In this document: positions 1 to 9,673 of the stretch, piece after piece | Layout: each line of letters opens with the position of its first letter | Numbering within the stretch: position 1 is the stretch's first letter | Assembly: GCA_963827655.1 (NCBI GenBank) | Contig: CAWHCF010000032.1 | Coordinates: forward strand, 1 to 64,000 | DNA: 64,000 nucleotides | From: an uncultured Acidobacteriota bacterium | GTDB lineage: Bacteria > Acidobacteriota > UBA6911 | Direction of reading: 5' to 3' | Position numbers and translations under genes: made by a program | The notes under the pieces: model-generated | Told to the model about the DNA's origin: nothing | The model's input: the letters and a program-made list of their open reading frames with translations, nothing else | The model's database searches: none

Positions 1-19
1 CGCTCAATAAGGCTGAGTC

Positions 20-1183
20 ATGGAGCGAGGCAGTACCGGCCGCTACGAGGTAACCAGGGTGGGCGGCGAGGAGGTGCGTGTCTTCATTCCCAATCCTCTG
101 CCGCCGCAGCCTCCGCTCGAGCTCAGTGGCCCCCGACAGCGTCAACTGGAGAGGGCCACCTTGGCGCTGGGCAGACTGGACAGCATCACAACCCTCCTGC
201 CCGATCCGCAGCTCTTTCTCTACGCATACGTTCGGCGCGAGGCCGTGCTCTCGTCGCAGATCGAGGGCACGCAGTCATCGCTATCCGATCTCCTGCTGTT
301 CGAGCTCGAGGAAGCCCCAGGGGTGCCGTTCGACGATGTAGTGGAGGTGTCGAACTACGTGGCCGCGCTTGAGCACGGTATGGCACGGCTGCGCGGCGGC
401 TTTCCAGTGTCGAACCGGCTCATTCGCGAAATGCACGAAAGCCTGCTCGCACGGGGACGTGGGAGCGAGAAGCAACCGGGCGAGTTCCGGCGCTCGCAGA
501 ACTGGATAGGCGGAACCCGACCAGGGAACGCGCATTTTGTCCCACCGCCACCGGCCCTCGTCGAGGAGGCTATGTCCGCGCTGGAGCGCCTACTCCATGA
601 CACTGATGCTTCCTACCCTGTTTTGGTGACGGCGGCACTGGCACACGTGCAGTTCGAGACTATCCATCCATTTCTCGACGGCAACGGCCGTATCGGACGA
701 TTGCTGATCCCAATTCTGTTCCACAACGCCGGTGTGCTCCAGCAGCCGCTGCTGTACTTGAGCCTATATTTCAAGCAGCACCGGGACGAGTACTACCGGC
801 TGCTGGACCGCGTGCGAGAGGTGGGCGATTGGGAAGCGTGGCTCGATTTCTTCCTGGAAGGCGTCGAAACAACGGCAACAAGCGCCGTAGAAACCGCGCA
901 ACGCCTCGTAACAATCTTCAAGGAGGACGCCGCGCGAGTACAGTCCGGCGGACGCGCCGCAGCCGCCATGCTCAGAGTGCTTCAGGCGCTGCGCGAGCGG
1001 CCAGTGCTCACGTTGAACGAGGTTTCGCGCCGTACCGGATTGTCATTTCCGACCGCAACAAAGGGTATGGCCGGGCTCTCTAAGCTTGGCCTCGCGCGCG
1101 AGCGGACTGGTAACCGGCGGAATCGCGTATTTGCCTATGACCGGTATCTGGCAATTCTCGGCGAAGGCACAGAGCCGTTATGA
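20..1183 (+). CDS. Fic family protein (AMPylase) with C-terminal HTH
   Basis: Canonical Fic motif HPFLDGNGRIGR; N-terminal EAVLSSQIEGT motif; C-terminal wHTH-like segment. Confidence 0.93.
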   Translation: MERGSTGRYEVTRVGGEEVRVFIPNPLPPQPPLELSGPRQRQLERATLALGRLDSITTLLPDPQLFLYAYVRREAVLSSQIEGTQSSLSDLLLFELEEAPGVPFDDVVEVSNYVAALEHGMARLRGGFPVSNRLIREMHESLLARGRGSEKQPGEFRRSQNWIGGTRPGNAHFVPPPPALVEEAMSALERLLHDTDASYPVLVTAALAHVQFETIHPFLDGNGRIGRLLIPILFHNAGVLQQPLLYLSLYFKQHRDEYYRLLDRVREVGDWEAWLDFFLEGVETTATSAVETAQRLVTIFKEDAARVQSGGRAAAAMLRVLQALRERPVLTLNEVSRRTGLSFPTATKGMAGLSKLGLARERTGNRRNRVFAYDRYLAILGEGTEPL

Positions 1184-1259
1184 TCTTGACCTCGGCGCCA
1201 ATCGAGGAGAGTAGTCTAGCGGACGTCATTCAGTCGAGGCGTTGTCAACCATGGTGATG

Positions 1260-1610
1260 ACGCGTAACCCGACGTCGTCCCTGGCGTCTCGGCCGAACCT
1301 CCGAAAGGCCGCAGGCGCGAGCAGTGGTTCAACCCGGCGGCCTTTCGTAACCCGGCGCCCGGCAACTGGGGCAACGCCGGCCAGAAATACCGATTCGCTC
1401 CCGGGCCTGGTCAGCGTTGATTTCTCGATCTTCAAGAATTTCGCGTTTACCGAGCGCCACAAATTGCAGTTCCGGACCGAGTTTTTCAACCTGCCCAATT
1501 ACGCCAATTTCCGCGGCCTGAGCCGAGTCTTTGACGCCTCCAATCCGGGCGAACTCTCTTCGGCTCTGCCGGGACGCCAGATTCAGTTTGCCTTGAAGTT
1601 GCTCTTTTGA
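1260..1610 (+). pseudogene. Orphan 3' fragment of a TonB-dependent (Oar-like) receptor, copy 1
   Basis: Encodes ...SVDFSIFKNF..ERHKLQFRTEFFNLPN...PGRQIQFALKLLF. Aligns to 6742-7089. Has a 1-nt insertion near 1383 and no 5' part. Confidence 0.85.
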
Positions 1611-1689
1611 AGCGTCAGGCGGGTTGTGCAGTCCAGCTTCTCGCTGAACAGGCCCAGGAAGACGACTACTTATTTCGTAAACAATGCCG

Positions 1690-1860
1690 CAGTAATTGGG
1701 TCCGGCTCATCAAGAAGATCTACCAAACCGATCCGCTCGTCTGCCCAAAGTGTCAGGGGCCGACGACCATCATCAGCTTCCTCGAGGATCCGGCAATCGC
1801 CAAACAATCTGCTTCATCTCAACCTTTGGGAGGTTCCCGAACGCTCCCCTCCACACGGCT
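1690..1860 (+). pseudogene. C-terminal remnant of an IS91/ISCR-like rolling-circle transposase
   Basis: WVRLIKKIYQTDPLVCPKCQGPTTIISFLEDPAI, continuing in another frame as LLHLNLWEVPERSPP, matches the typical C-terminus of IS91-like transposases. Confidence 0.75.
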
Positions 1861-2170
1861 GCTCCTGCTTGTGATTCCATCTATGATCCGGACTTTTTCC
1901 GTGGGCTTGTCAACTGATTCGTGCTAGCCGCCGTCACGCAGCGCATTGCGATCCCCTGCGGAACCGAAAGAATCGGGCGAAGCCTGCCTTCTTGCACCCG
2001 ATTACTGGACGCTTCACTCACTTCCTCCGGCTCACTCCTGTAATCTATCCAGCAACCGCACCCAACGCCCCTGGTTTCCCTGCATCCCCCATGTCACCCG
2101 TCGAATTCTCGGTTGAAATCCGACCCATCCCGCTCTATCTTCTAATCGGCCCGCTGAAGCAAATTTCTAT
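1690..2170 (+). mobile_element. Truncated IS91-like element ending in an oriIS-like terminus
   Basis: AAGCAAATTTCTAT at 2157-2170, about 300 bp after the transposase remnant, resembles the ...AAATTCCTAT oriIS end of IS91-family elements. Confidence 0.55.
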
Positions 2171-2333
2171 TGGCTCTTAGGGCGGCCGGCAGGTAAAATG
2201 CCCCTTCCTGGAGCTACAGCCGCCATTGGCATTCTCATCGGCGCTGGACTCCTCCGTCGATGTAGAGTCGCTCAGGATAACAATCCGGTGTTCAGCCCGA
2301 TCTCCTGGGCTGGCTCGGCTTGATCTCAAAACC

Positions 2334-4504
2334 ATGTCACTGACAGCGGGCGCGTGGCTCGGCCCCTATGAAATCCTGGCCCTCCTCGGCACAGGTGGCA
2401 TGGGAGAAGTGTGGAAAGCGCGCGACGCGCGGCTCAATCGCATCGTCGCCGTGAAGCGGCTCACCGAACAGCACAGCGGGCGGTTCGAACAGGAAGCGCG
2501 CGCGATTGCAGCGCTCAATCATCCGCACATCTGCCAAATCTACGACATTGGCGCTGACTATCTGGTGCTCGAGTACGTCGAGGGGCAGACGCTGGCCGAT
2601 CGCATCCGCACTGGCGGTGGACCGGGCTTGCCGCAGGAGGAGCTCCTTCGCATCGCGCGCCAGATTACCGAGGGCCTCGAGGAGGCACACCGAGCGGGGA
2701 TTCTTCACCGCGACCTGAAGCCCAGCAACGTGATGATCACGACGAAGGGCGCGGCGAAGCTGCTCGATTTCGGTCTGGCGAGGCTGGTCAGTGTGGATGC
2801 CGATGTCACGCAGACGCAGCATGGCGTCGTGTGGGGACGGCCGCGTACATGTCGCCGGAGCAGGCCGAGGGCCAACCGGTCGATGTGAGGTCGGACGTCT
2901 TCAGCTTCGGGGCCGTCCTGTACGAAATGATCTCTGGGAGTCGTGCATTTGGCGGAACGTCTGCGCTCCAGATGATGAACGCCGTCGTTCGCGACGAGCC
3001 ACCTCCGCTGCAGACCTCAGCCGCGCTCGAGCGCATCGTCCGGCGGTGTCTGCAGAAAGTGCCCGCTCAGCGTTTTCAGACGATGGGCGAAATACGGGCC
3101 GCACTCGAGCAACCGGCGACAGACCCCTCGAAACCGATCGCTCGTGTGCCATCAATTGCCGTGCTGCCTTTTGCCAACATGAGTGCGGACAAGGAGAACG
3201 AGTATTTCAGCGACGGGCTGGTCGAAGAGATCATCAATGTCCTCGCCAACCTGCCTGGCTTGAAGGTGGCTGGCCGCACGTCGTCGTTCTTTTTCCGCGG
3301 AAAAGACGTCGAGTTCGCTGAGATCGGCAAGAAGCTCAATGTCGATCACATTCTGGAAGGGAGTGTGCGAAAGGCAGGCAGTCGAATTCGCGTCACCGCG
3401 CAGCTGATCAAGGTCGCCGACGGTTTTCATCTCTGGTCAGAAAAGTACGACCGCGAAATGACGGATGTCTTCGCGTTACAGGATGAAGTGACGCAAGCTA
3501 TTGCCAACGCTCTGCAGTGTGAAGCTGTCGCCGGAGACGATGGCGCTGCGACGGTCCACACCCAACCTTCGCGCGTACGAGATGTACCTCAAGGCTCTGG
3601 ATCAGTGGTCCAGACCATCGTCCGAGTCGCTAGAGCGGGTGAAGGAATTCCTGGACCAGGCCGTCGCACTCGATCCGGAATTCGCCGCTGCGCACTGCAC
3701 GTTGGGTTTGTACTACTCGATGCTCGCCGGCCTCGGCATCAAGTCGACGCACGAGGTCATCCCCTTGGCCCGCGCCGCCGTGCACGAGGCGTTGCGTATC
3801 GAGCCGTCAATGGCTGAAGCGCACGCGCTCCTTGGCGTCTGGGTCGGCGGCTACGACAACTACGACTGGCGCGAAGCGGAGCGGCACTGGCGCGTGGCGA
3901 TGAGTGGTGAACTTGTCTCGTGCCACGTCCATTTCTGGTACGGCAACCACTACCTGATGCCGCTCGGGCGCTTCCACGAGGCCCTGGCCGAGATGAAGAG
4001 GGGCTCGAGGGGGATCCGATCAACCTCTTGTACCGCCACCATTTTGCTGTTGGTTTCAGAAACGCCGGCCGGCTCGACGACGCGGAAGCCGAGTTGCGCC
4101 GGGTGTTGGAGCTCGACGAGAACTTCCCGATGGCCATCGGCACACTTGGCTCCGTCTGCGCTCAGCAAGGTCGGTTCGAAGAAGCCCTCACGCTGAGCGA
4201 ACGGGCGTGTGCATTGACGCCGTGGGCCAATCCGGTGGCCGGACAACTCGCGGCGCTCCTGGTTCGCACCGGGGCCACGAGCCGCGCCGAGACGCTGCTC
4301 GATGGGCTCAGGCCAGGCACGGCATGCGGAGCCCCAGCCGGTATGGCTGTGTACCACGCGATGTGTGGCGAATTCGATCGAGCCGCGGAATGGGCGGAGC
4401 GCGCGATCGACGTGCGGTATCCGCTACTCGTGGCGCTGCTCAGACCGCTCCTCGGGTCCACTCCCGTGTGGCCTGCCTTGGCGAGAATGATGAATCTGCC
4501 GTGA
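2334..4504 (+). CDS. Ser/Thr protein kinase with TolB-N-like domain and TPR repeats (frameshifted near 2830, 3520 and 4000)
   Basis: LGTGGMGEVWKA, HRDLKPSN, DFGLA, GTAAYMSPEQ, SIAVLPFANMS..ENEYFSDG, then TPR helices, spread over four consecutive ORFs. Confidence 0.88.
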
Positions 4505-4536
4505 CCGTCTCCGCACCGACAGATGAAAGGTGAGCG

Positions 4537-5093
4537 ATGCGTTTACTATGTACCTGTGTCGTGAGCGTGGCGGTTGCGAGCCTGTTGTGTCCATCCGGGA
4601 TCGCCGCACAGCAGCCGGCGCGACCAAGTGAACGGCGAAACCCTCATGGGCGTGTGGGAGCTCGTTTCGCTCCAGGACCACCGACCGAACGGCGATGTGC
4701 TGGACTGGATGGGCAAGAAGCCATCGGGCACCCTTATCTACAGCCCCGACGGTCACATGTCAGTGCAGATCATGCGGGACCCACATCCAGTGGTTGCGGC
4801 GTCCATGTGGAGCAGCGACGGACGCGACTTGCTGCCGAGCGCGTCCGCCAACGAGATTCGGGACGCGTACAGTGGGTACTACGCCTACTTCGGCACGTGG
4901 GAAATCGACGAACGTGCGCGCACGGTGACGCATCACATTCGTGGCAGCATGCGTGCCGTGGAGGTCGGCGCGGACTACGTCCGGCCGTACGAATTCTCTG
5001 GCGAACAGCTTCTGCTACGGTCCACGGTCAGGTCGGCCAGCGGCGAAGAGCAGATCTCGCGTGATTACGTGGCGACGAGTCGAGCGTTTCTAG
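4537..5093 (+). CDS. Secreted lipocalin-like domain protein (frameshifted)
   Basis: Signal peptide in the 4537 frame; LMGVWELVS...GTLIYSPDGHMSVQIM...YYAYFGTWEID in the 4574 frame; tail VITWRRVERF* in a third frame. Confidence 0.75.
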
Positions 5094-5120
5094 CGAACGA
5101 CTCGACAAGGAAACAGACAA

Positions 5121-5468
5121 ATGACGACGAAAGAGGTGTTCGACCACCACATCAAGAGTTTTGGCGAAGGCGACCTCAATGGGATTCTCGCTGACTATTC
5201 GCCAAGCGCGATCATGTTCACGCCCGACGGACCGCTGAAGGGGATCGACGCAATCCGGCCGTTCTTCGAGGCGCTGCTTACGGAGTTCGGACAACCTGGC
5301 ACAGCCTTCAGCATGAAGCTGCAGTCGATTGAAGGCGACTTTGCCTACTGTGTCTGGACCGCGGAGACTGCCGACAACGTTTATGAACTGGGCACGGACA
5401 CGCTCGTCGTACGCGACGGCCGGATCGTGGCTCAGTCGTACGCCGGTAAGATCACGCCCAAGGCCTAA
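5121..5468 (+). CDS. SnoaL-like / NTF2-fold protein
   Basis: GDLNGILADYSPSAIMFTPDG...GTDTLVVRDGRIVAQS; preceded by RBS AAGGA. Confidence 0.85.
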   Translation: MTTKEVFDHHIKSFGEGDLNGILADYSPSAIMFTPDGPLKGIDAIRPFFEALLTEFGQPGTAFSMKLQSIEGDFAYCVWTAETADNVYELGTDTLVVRDGRIVAQSYAGKITPKA

Positions 5469-5529
5469 ACCGACCGCCTCTGGATCGAGAGGCGATTTCT
5501 CTCGGCAACGATTGATTGCCCATCTACGA

Positions 5530-5630
5530 CTGCAAAACCTCCATCGCCGGTTCAAATCCGCCCTTCGACTCGTCGAATTGCGCCTCGCTCGGGGCGTGGT
5601 GAGCCTGCCGAACCACGGGCGGCGCCTCCA
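5530..5630 (+). pseudogene. 3' half of tRNA-Cys(GCA), interrupted by a 57-bp insert; probable att-site remnant
   Basis: CTGCAAA anticodon loop, ACCTCCATC, GCCGGTTCAAATCCG, [insert 5561-5617], GGCGGCGCC-T-CCA. U73 discriminator fits Cys. No 5' half upstream. Confidence 0.8.
5561..5617. repeat. REP-like palindromic insert inside the tRNA T-arm
   Basis: CCCTTCGACTC...CTCGGGGCGTGGTGAGCCTGCCGAACCACG, with CG on both sides; removing it restores the T-arm. Confidence 0.6.
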
Positions 5631-5735
5631 ACCTTCGCTCAGGCTCATGGCGAAGGTTGTCCACCATAGCTCGCGCGAATTTCAGGCGAGTGACGGTGGA
5701 CCGCACGCGCCGCCTCGAGCTTCGGTTGGCAAGCC
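5631..5735. repeat. Cluster of REP-like hairpins
   Basis: ACCTTCGC...GCGAAGGT and TCCACC...GGTGGA inverted pairs, ending GAGCTTCGGTTGGCAAGCC. Confidence 0.5.
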
Positions 5736-5790
5736 AATTCCTCAATAATTTTGCAGATTTCGTCGGCTCCATGATCGAGATCTGCCTCCG

Positions 5791-5809
5791 GTGTCCATAA
5801 AGTGTCCAT
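5791..5809. repeat. Direct repeat GTGTCCAT-N3-GTGTCCAT, resembling integrase arm-type sites
   Basis: Tandem 8-mer about 160 bp downstream of the tRNA fragment. Confidence 0.4.
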
Positions 5810-6004
5810 GCCGCGCGGACCTTTGAAGGGTTGCAGTTCGGGGGACTGGGGATGAAGGTTTGGGAAACCTCTCAGTCGCTGGTGCCGCTGCGGCGTGATG
5901 CGGACCGCAAGCGAATCCACGGTGCGTACGTGCCCAAGATCGTCCTCGGTCTTGGGCTAGCCGTTCTCGACGGCACGCGTGCACTGCCAAGCCACGCGCG
6001 CCGG

Positions 6005-6434
6005 TCAGGTTTCGGCTGTCAGTTTGCCGAAGAGCCCTCGCGAAGTTCGTTCTCGCGCCTGGCGCCTGTTCGAAGAAGAGCACCGGCTCGATACACTCGG
6101 CTTCCATGAGCATGAACCCGCGCGGCGTGACCACGCCGTCGATGCGGGCGAAGAGGAGCCGCTCGGGGATCTTCGCGAGGATGTCCGCCCCGGCGGCAAC
6201 GATCGCGTCGGGCGCCCGGACGGCAACGGCACTCCCGCCGTGCTCCTCCTGGACGCGGAAGTCCCCGGGTGAAGGACGCTTGAGCATCGCGTGGCTGAAC
6301 GCACCGGCGATGTAAATCAGCGACCACTCGCCCTCCGTGGCGACTTCAGGGATGATCGTTTGCACCAGGAGATCCGAGCGCCGAAGCTGCTCGGCCGAAA
6401 CGCGTCTCGTCCTCGGCGAGGCTCGACGAGGTGC
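6005..6434 (-). pseudogene. C-terminal fragment of a RimK/glutathione-synthetase-like ATP-grasp protein
   Basis: LLVQTIIPEVATEGEWSLIYIAGAFSHAMLKRP..GDFRVQEEHGG...FARIDGV...LMEAECIEPVLFF; the N-terminal half is replaced by the receptor fragment. Confidence 0.75.
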
Positions 6435-7089
6435 GCCAGTTTTCTGGCCGCTTATACCTAGGGGAAGTCGATGGATGAAGCCTCTCAAGCCTCCCTGGTT
6501 CAACAACAGTGTCGGCACACGCGACCAGCGGAACTGGCGCGCCGAGAAGGCGCGGTCCGACTACGACATCGCCCAGCGTTTTGTGGTCAGCTATACGTAT
6601 GACTTGCCCTTCGGACGCGATCTGCACGGCCCGGCCGGGGTACTGCTGAAAGGGTGGCAGATTCTGGGTATCCATGCTTTCAATACGGGCAATCCGTATA
6701 CCGTGAGCGCGCGCACGAATTTTTCCAACGCGGGCGGCGACACGCGTCCCGACGTCATCCCGGGCGTCTCGCTCGAACCTCCGGAAGGCCGCAGGCGCGA
6801 GCAGTGGTTCAACCCGGCGGCCTTCCGCAACCCGGCGCCCGGCAACTGGGGCAACGCCGGCCGGAATACCGCGTCCCATCCGGGACAGGTCAGCGTCGAT
6901 TTGTCGATCTTCAAGAATTTCGAGTTTACCGAACGCCACAAATTGCAGTTCAGGACCGAGTTTTTCAACCTGCCCAATTACGCAAATTTCCGCGGGCTGA
7001 GCCGAGTTTTTGACGCCTCCAATCCGGGCGAACTCTCTTCGGCTCTGCCGGGACGCCAGATTCAGTTTGCCTTGAAGTTGCTCTTTTAG
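6435..7089 (+). pseudogene. Orphan 3' fragment of a TonB-dependent receptor, copy 2
   Basis: ASFLAAYT*GKSMDE (TAG at 6459-6461 where Trp is expected), frameshift near 6497, then SDYDIAQRFVVSYTYDLPFG...QIQFALKLLF. Confidence 0.88.
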
Positions 7090-7404
7090 CGCCGCGTCTT
7101 CGGTCAAGTTTCATGAAGCCGACGAACAGCTTCGTTTGGCCATCGAGCTCATTTTCACCGGGCTTGTGCGGGCCCTCACCGGGGTGCAATCGTCGATGCC
7201 CGAGGACGGCTTGCGAGTTCCCATCTTGAGCGGCCGCCGCAGGGATTGCGCGGGGACTGCCGGACTGCTTCCCTGCGGCGCATGCTCGCCTATCCGATTG
7301 ATAGCGGGCTGCTACTGTGGCCGTCGATCGATATGGCGCTGGGCAGAGAACGTCCAATCGGTGACGCTGGCGCACTACCGCAGGAAACGTGTAGGATTGA
7401 ACTC

Positions 7405-7614
7405 ATGATGATCTTCAAGGTCGAGATTGAGCAGGAAGAGGACGGTCGGTGGATCGCTGAAGTGACTGAGCTGCCGGGGGTCCTCGCATACGGCACGACC
7501 GCAGATGACGCAAGAGCCAAGGTACAGGCGCTGGCCCTGCGGGTTGTTGCCGACCGTCTCGAACACGGAGAGGCGGGCTCCGACCTTCTGAGCATTTCTT
7601 TTAATGCCGCATGA
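7405..7614 (+). CDS. hicB: HicB family antitoxin (short form)
   Basis: VEIEQEEDGRWIAEVTELPGVLAYGTTADDA; ATGA overlap with the next gene. Confidence 0.88.
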   Translation: MMIFKVEIEQEEDGRWIAEVTELPGVLAYGTTADDARAKVQALALRVVADRLEHGEAGSDLLSISFNAA

Positions 7615-7823
7615 GTCGATGGCCCAGCACCCAAGCTCGGCGGGTCCTTGCGGCACTTCTGCGAATTGGCTGGACGGTGAAGAGGCACTCAGGCTCTCAC
7701 CGGACCCTTGCTCGCGACGGTTGGCCTGACTTTGTATTTGCATTTCACGACGCGGAGGAACTGGGTCCTCGCATGCTCACTCGTATCGCTAAACGGACGG
7801 GACTACGGCGCGAGGATCTATAG
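7611..7823 (+). CDS. hicA: HicA family toxin
   Basis: LLRIGWTVKRHSGSHRTL, with the conserved GSH motif. Confidence 0.88.
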   Translation: MSRWPSTQARRVLAALLRIGWTVKRHSGSHRTLARDGWPDFVFAFHDAEELGPRMLTRIAKRTGLRREDL

Positions 7824-7988
7824 CAGCAACACGTGTCGAATCGTACGCCTAGTCGAGGGCCAGAGCGTGCTGGAGACACGGCTCGTGATTAGTTCGGGCT
7901 CATCGGCTTGTCGCCGATCGGCTTGCAGGTGCCAGGGCGAATCTGCGCGGTGAGCGTAGACAAGAATGTTGGTGTCGACGGCAATCAA
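7818..7988 (-). pseudogene. Truncated VapC (PIN) toxin
   Basis: Reverse strand from TTG 7988 reads MIAVDTNILVYAHRADSPWH; homology is then lost and it stops after 56 aa. Confidence 0.75.
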
Positions 7989-7991
7989 GAT

Positions 7992-8231
7992 CTACCCCAG
8001 CCGGTAGATTAGCTCGCGAACTTTCTCCCAATCCCGCTCGGTCGCGCCGACCTGAAGCCCTTTGCCTTTGAAAGCGTGCCGTTTCAGCCGGAAAGGTCGA
8101 CGCGAGTCTTCGTCCGAGAGTTGCTTCTGAAGCGCTTCCTCGACAACCTCCCGCAGCGTTTTCTTTTGCCGTCGGGCGCGCCGTTTTGCCTTCTCAAGGA
8201 GCTCGTCGGCAATCACGATGGTCGTTTTCAT
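7992..8231 (-). CDS. VapB/DUF2191-like RHH antitoxin
   Basis: MKTTIVIADELLEKAKRRA...TLREVVEEAL, directly upstream of the PIN fragment. Confidence 0.8.
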   Translation of the reverse strand: MKTTIVIADELLEKAKRRARRQKKTLREVVEEALQKQLSDEDSRRPFRLKRHAFKGKGLQVGATERDWEKVRELIYRLG

Positions 8232-8344
8232 ATGGCTAACCATTTTGTTGTTACCGTAAGTATGTCAACGGAGTCTACGTTTTTTTTGGTCATCATCATG
8301 GAACCGCGCCGACACAGCCAAGAACCCCTTGCGGTCGATCGGCC

Positions 8345-9517
8345 TCAGAACAGGAGCATGATCTCGGCGTAGATGGCCGCTGCCTGGACGACCTGGGGAA
8401 CCGAGACGTACTCCACGGCGGTATGAGCCTGGTCGATGCTCCCGGGCCCCAGCACGATGCTTGGGATGCCGGCCCGGCTAAGCTTACTCGCGTCGGTGCC
8501 GAACGGAACCCCCACCAGGCGCGATTCCCCCAGGACGCGGCGGCAGGCCTCGCGGGCGGCCGCGACGATGGGACTTCCCTCGGGAGTCTCCAGGGGCGGG
8601 TCTTCGAGCATCGGCGCGTCCATCTGACAATGAAAGTCGGGGTCTTCGCGCTCGAGCCGGTTGAGCACGTCCTGGAACTCGGGGTATACGGTTTCCCTGG
8701 TTTCTCCGGGGAGCAGCCTCCGGTCAACCTGGATGGTGCACGAGTCCGGCACGGTGTTTACCTGGATTCCCCCTGAGATCAGCCCGACGTTCAGGGTAGG
8801 ACTTCCAAGCAGCCGGTGGCTCCGGGCGGCGTAGGCCGGCCCGAGGGCCTCTTCCAGGGCGCATATCGATCGAGCCATCTTGGCGATGGCGTTGATTCCC
8901 AGGTGGACCTTCGAGCTGTGTGCCGCGCGGCCGGCGGTTCGGATCTTCCACCGGAGGCACCCCTTGTGGGCCACAACCACTTCGAGCTCGGTCGGCTCTG
9001 AAACCACCGCTCCGTCGGCCCGAAAGCCGGACTCCACCAGGCGGGAAGCGCCGCTGAACCCATGCTCTTCGTCGACGGCCCCTGCAAGCACCACGGTTGC
9101 CCGGGGCTTCATCCCTTCCTGACGGAGCCTCTTCATGGCATACATCATCGCCGCCAGCCCCGCCTTTGTGTCGCACGAGCCGCGGCCGTAAAGGCGGTCG
9201 TCCTCCAGACGCGGAGTGAACGGGTCGATCGTCATCCCGGCGATCGAGACCGTGTCCATGTGGGCCTCCATCAGCAGTGTCCGGCTGCGATCGGCACCCT
9301 CGAGCCGCGCGAGGATGTTGTCCCTGCCGGGGAAGACTTCCTGGGTTGCGCACGGGATGCCAATTCGCTCGAAAAAGGCCTGAAGATAAAGACCCAGGTT
9401 CTTCTCGTTGCTGTCGGGCTGGAAGGCGGTGTTCACGCTGGGAATCCGGACCAGGTCTTCCAGCAAGGCCACGAGTTCGCTTCGATCGATCAGCTTGAGT
9501 GTTTCCACCGGCGGCAC
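8345..9517 (-). CDS. M20 family (ArgE/DapE-like) deacylase/peptidase
   Basis: AHMDTV, YGRGSCDTKAG, DEEHG, SEPT, GRAAHSS, AHTAVEYV. Confidence 0.92.
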   Translation of the reverse strand: MPPVETLKLIDRSELVALLEDLVRIPSVNTAFQPDSNEKNLGLYLQAFFERIGIPCATQEVFPGRDNILARLEGADRSRTLLMEAHMDTVSIAGMTIDPFTPRLEDDRLYGRGSCDTKAGLAAMMYAMKRLRQEGMKPRATVVLAGAVDEEHGFSGASRLVESGFRADGAVVSEPTELEVVVAHKGCLRWKIRTAGRAAHSSKVHLGINAIAKMARSICALEEALGPAYAARSHRLLGSPTLNVGLISGGIQVNTVPDSCTIQVDRRLLPGETRETVYPEFQDVLNRLEREDPDFHCQMDAPMLEDPPLETPEGSPIVAAAREACRRVLGESRLVGVPFGTDASKLSRAGIPSIVLGPGSIDQAHTAVEYVSVPQVVQAAAIYAEIMLLF

Positions 9518-9523
9518 CTCATT

Positions 9524-9558
9524 CGATTGACGATTGACGATTGACGATTGACGATTGA
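9524..9558. repeat. Tandem heptamer (CGATTGA)x5
   Basis: Perfect tandem array directly upstream of the M20 gene. Confidence 0.95.
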
Positions 9559-9673
9559 ACTTACTGCCTACTGCATTGGCGTAGCCCAGCCCCGCGATTG
9601 CGACCAGGAGCAGCAGGACACCGAAGGCCAGCTGGCCGGCACGCTCGCACCACGGTGAATCAATAGCAATCCG

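Noticed and set aside
5480-5630. Functional or intron-containing tRNA-Cys
   Set aside because: The acceptor 5' strand and D-arm are absent, and the insert is REP-like, not a group I intron
1260-7089. DGR template/variable repeat pair
   Set aside because: Differences between the copies are not confined to adenines, many are synonymous, and no reverse transcriptase is present
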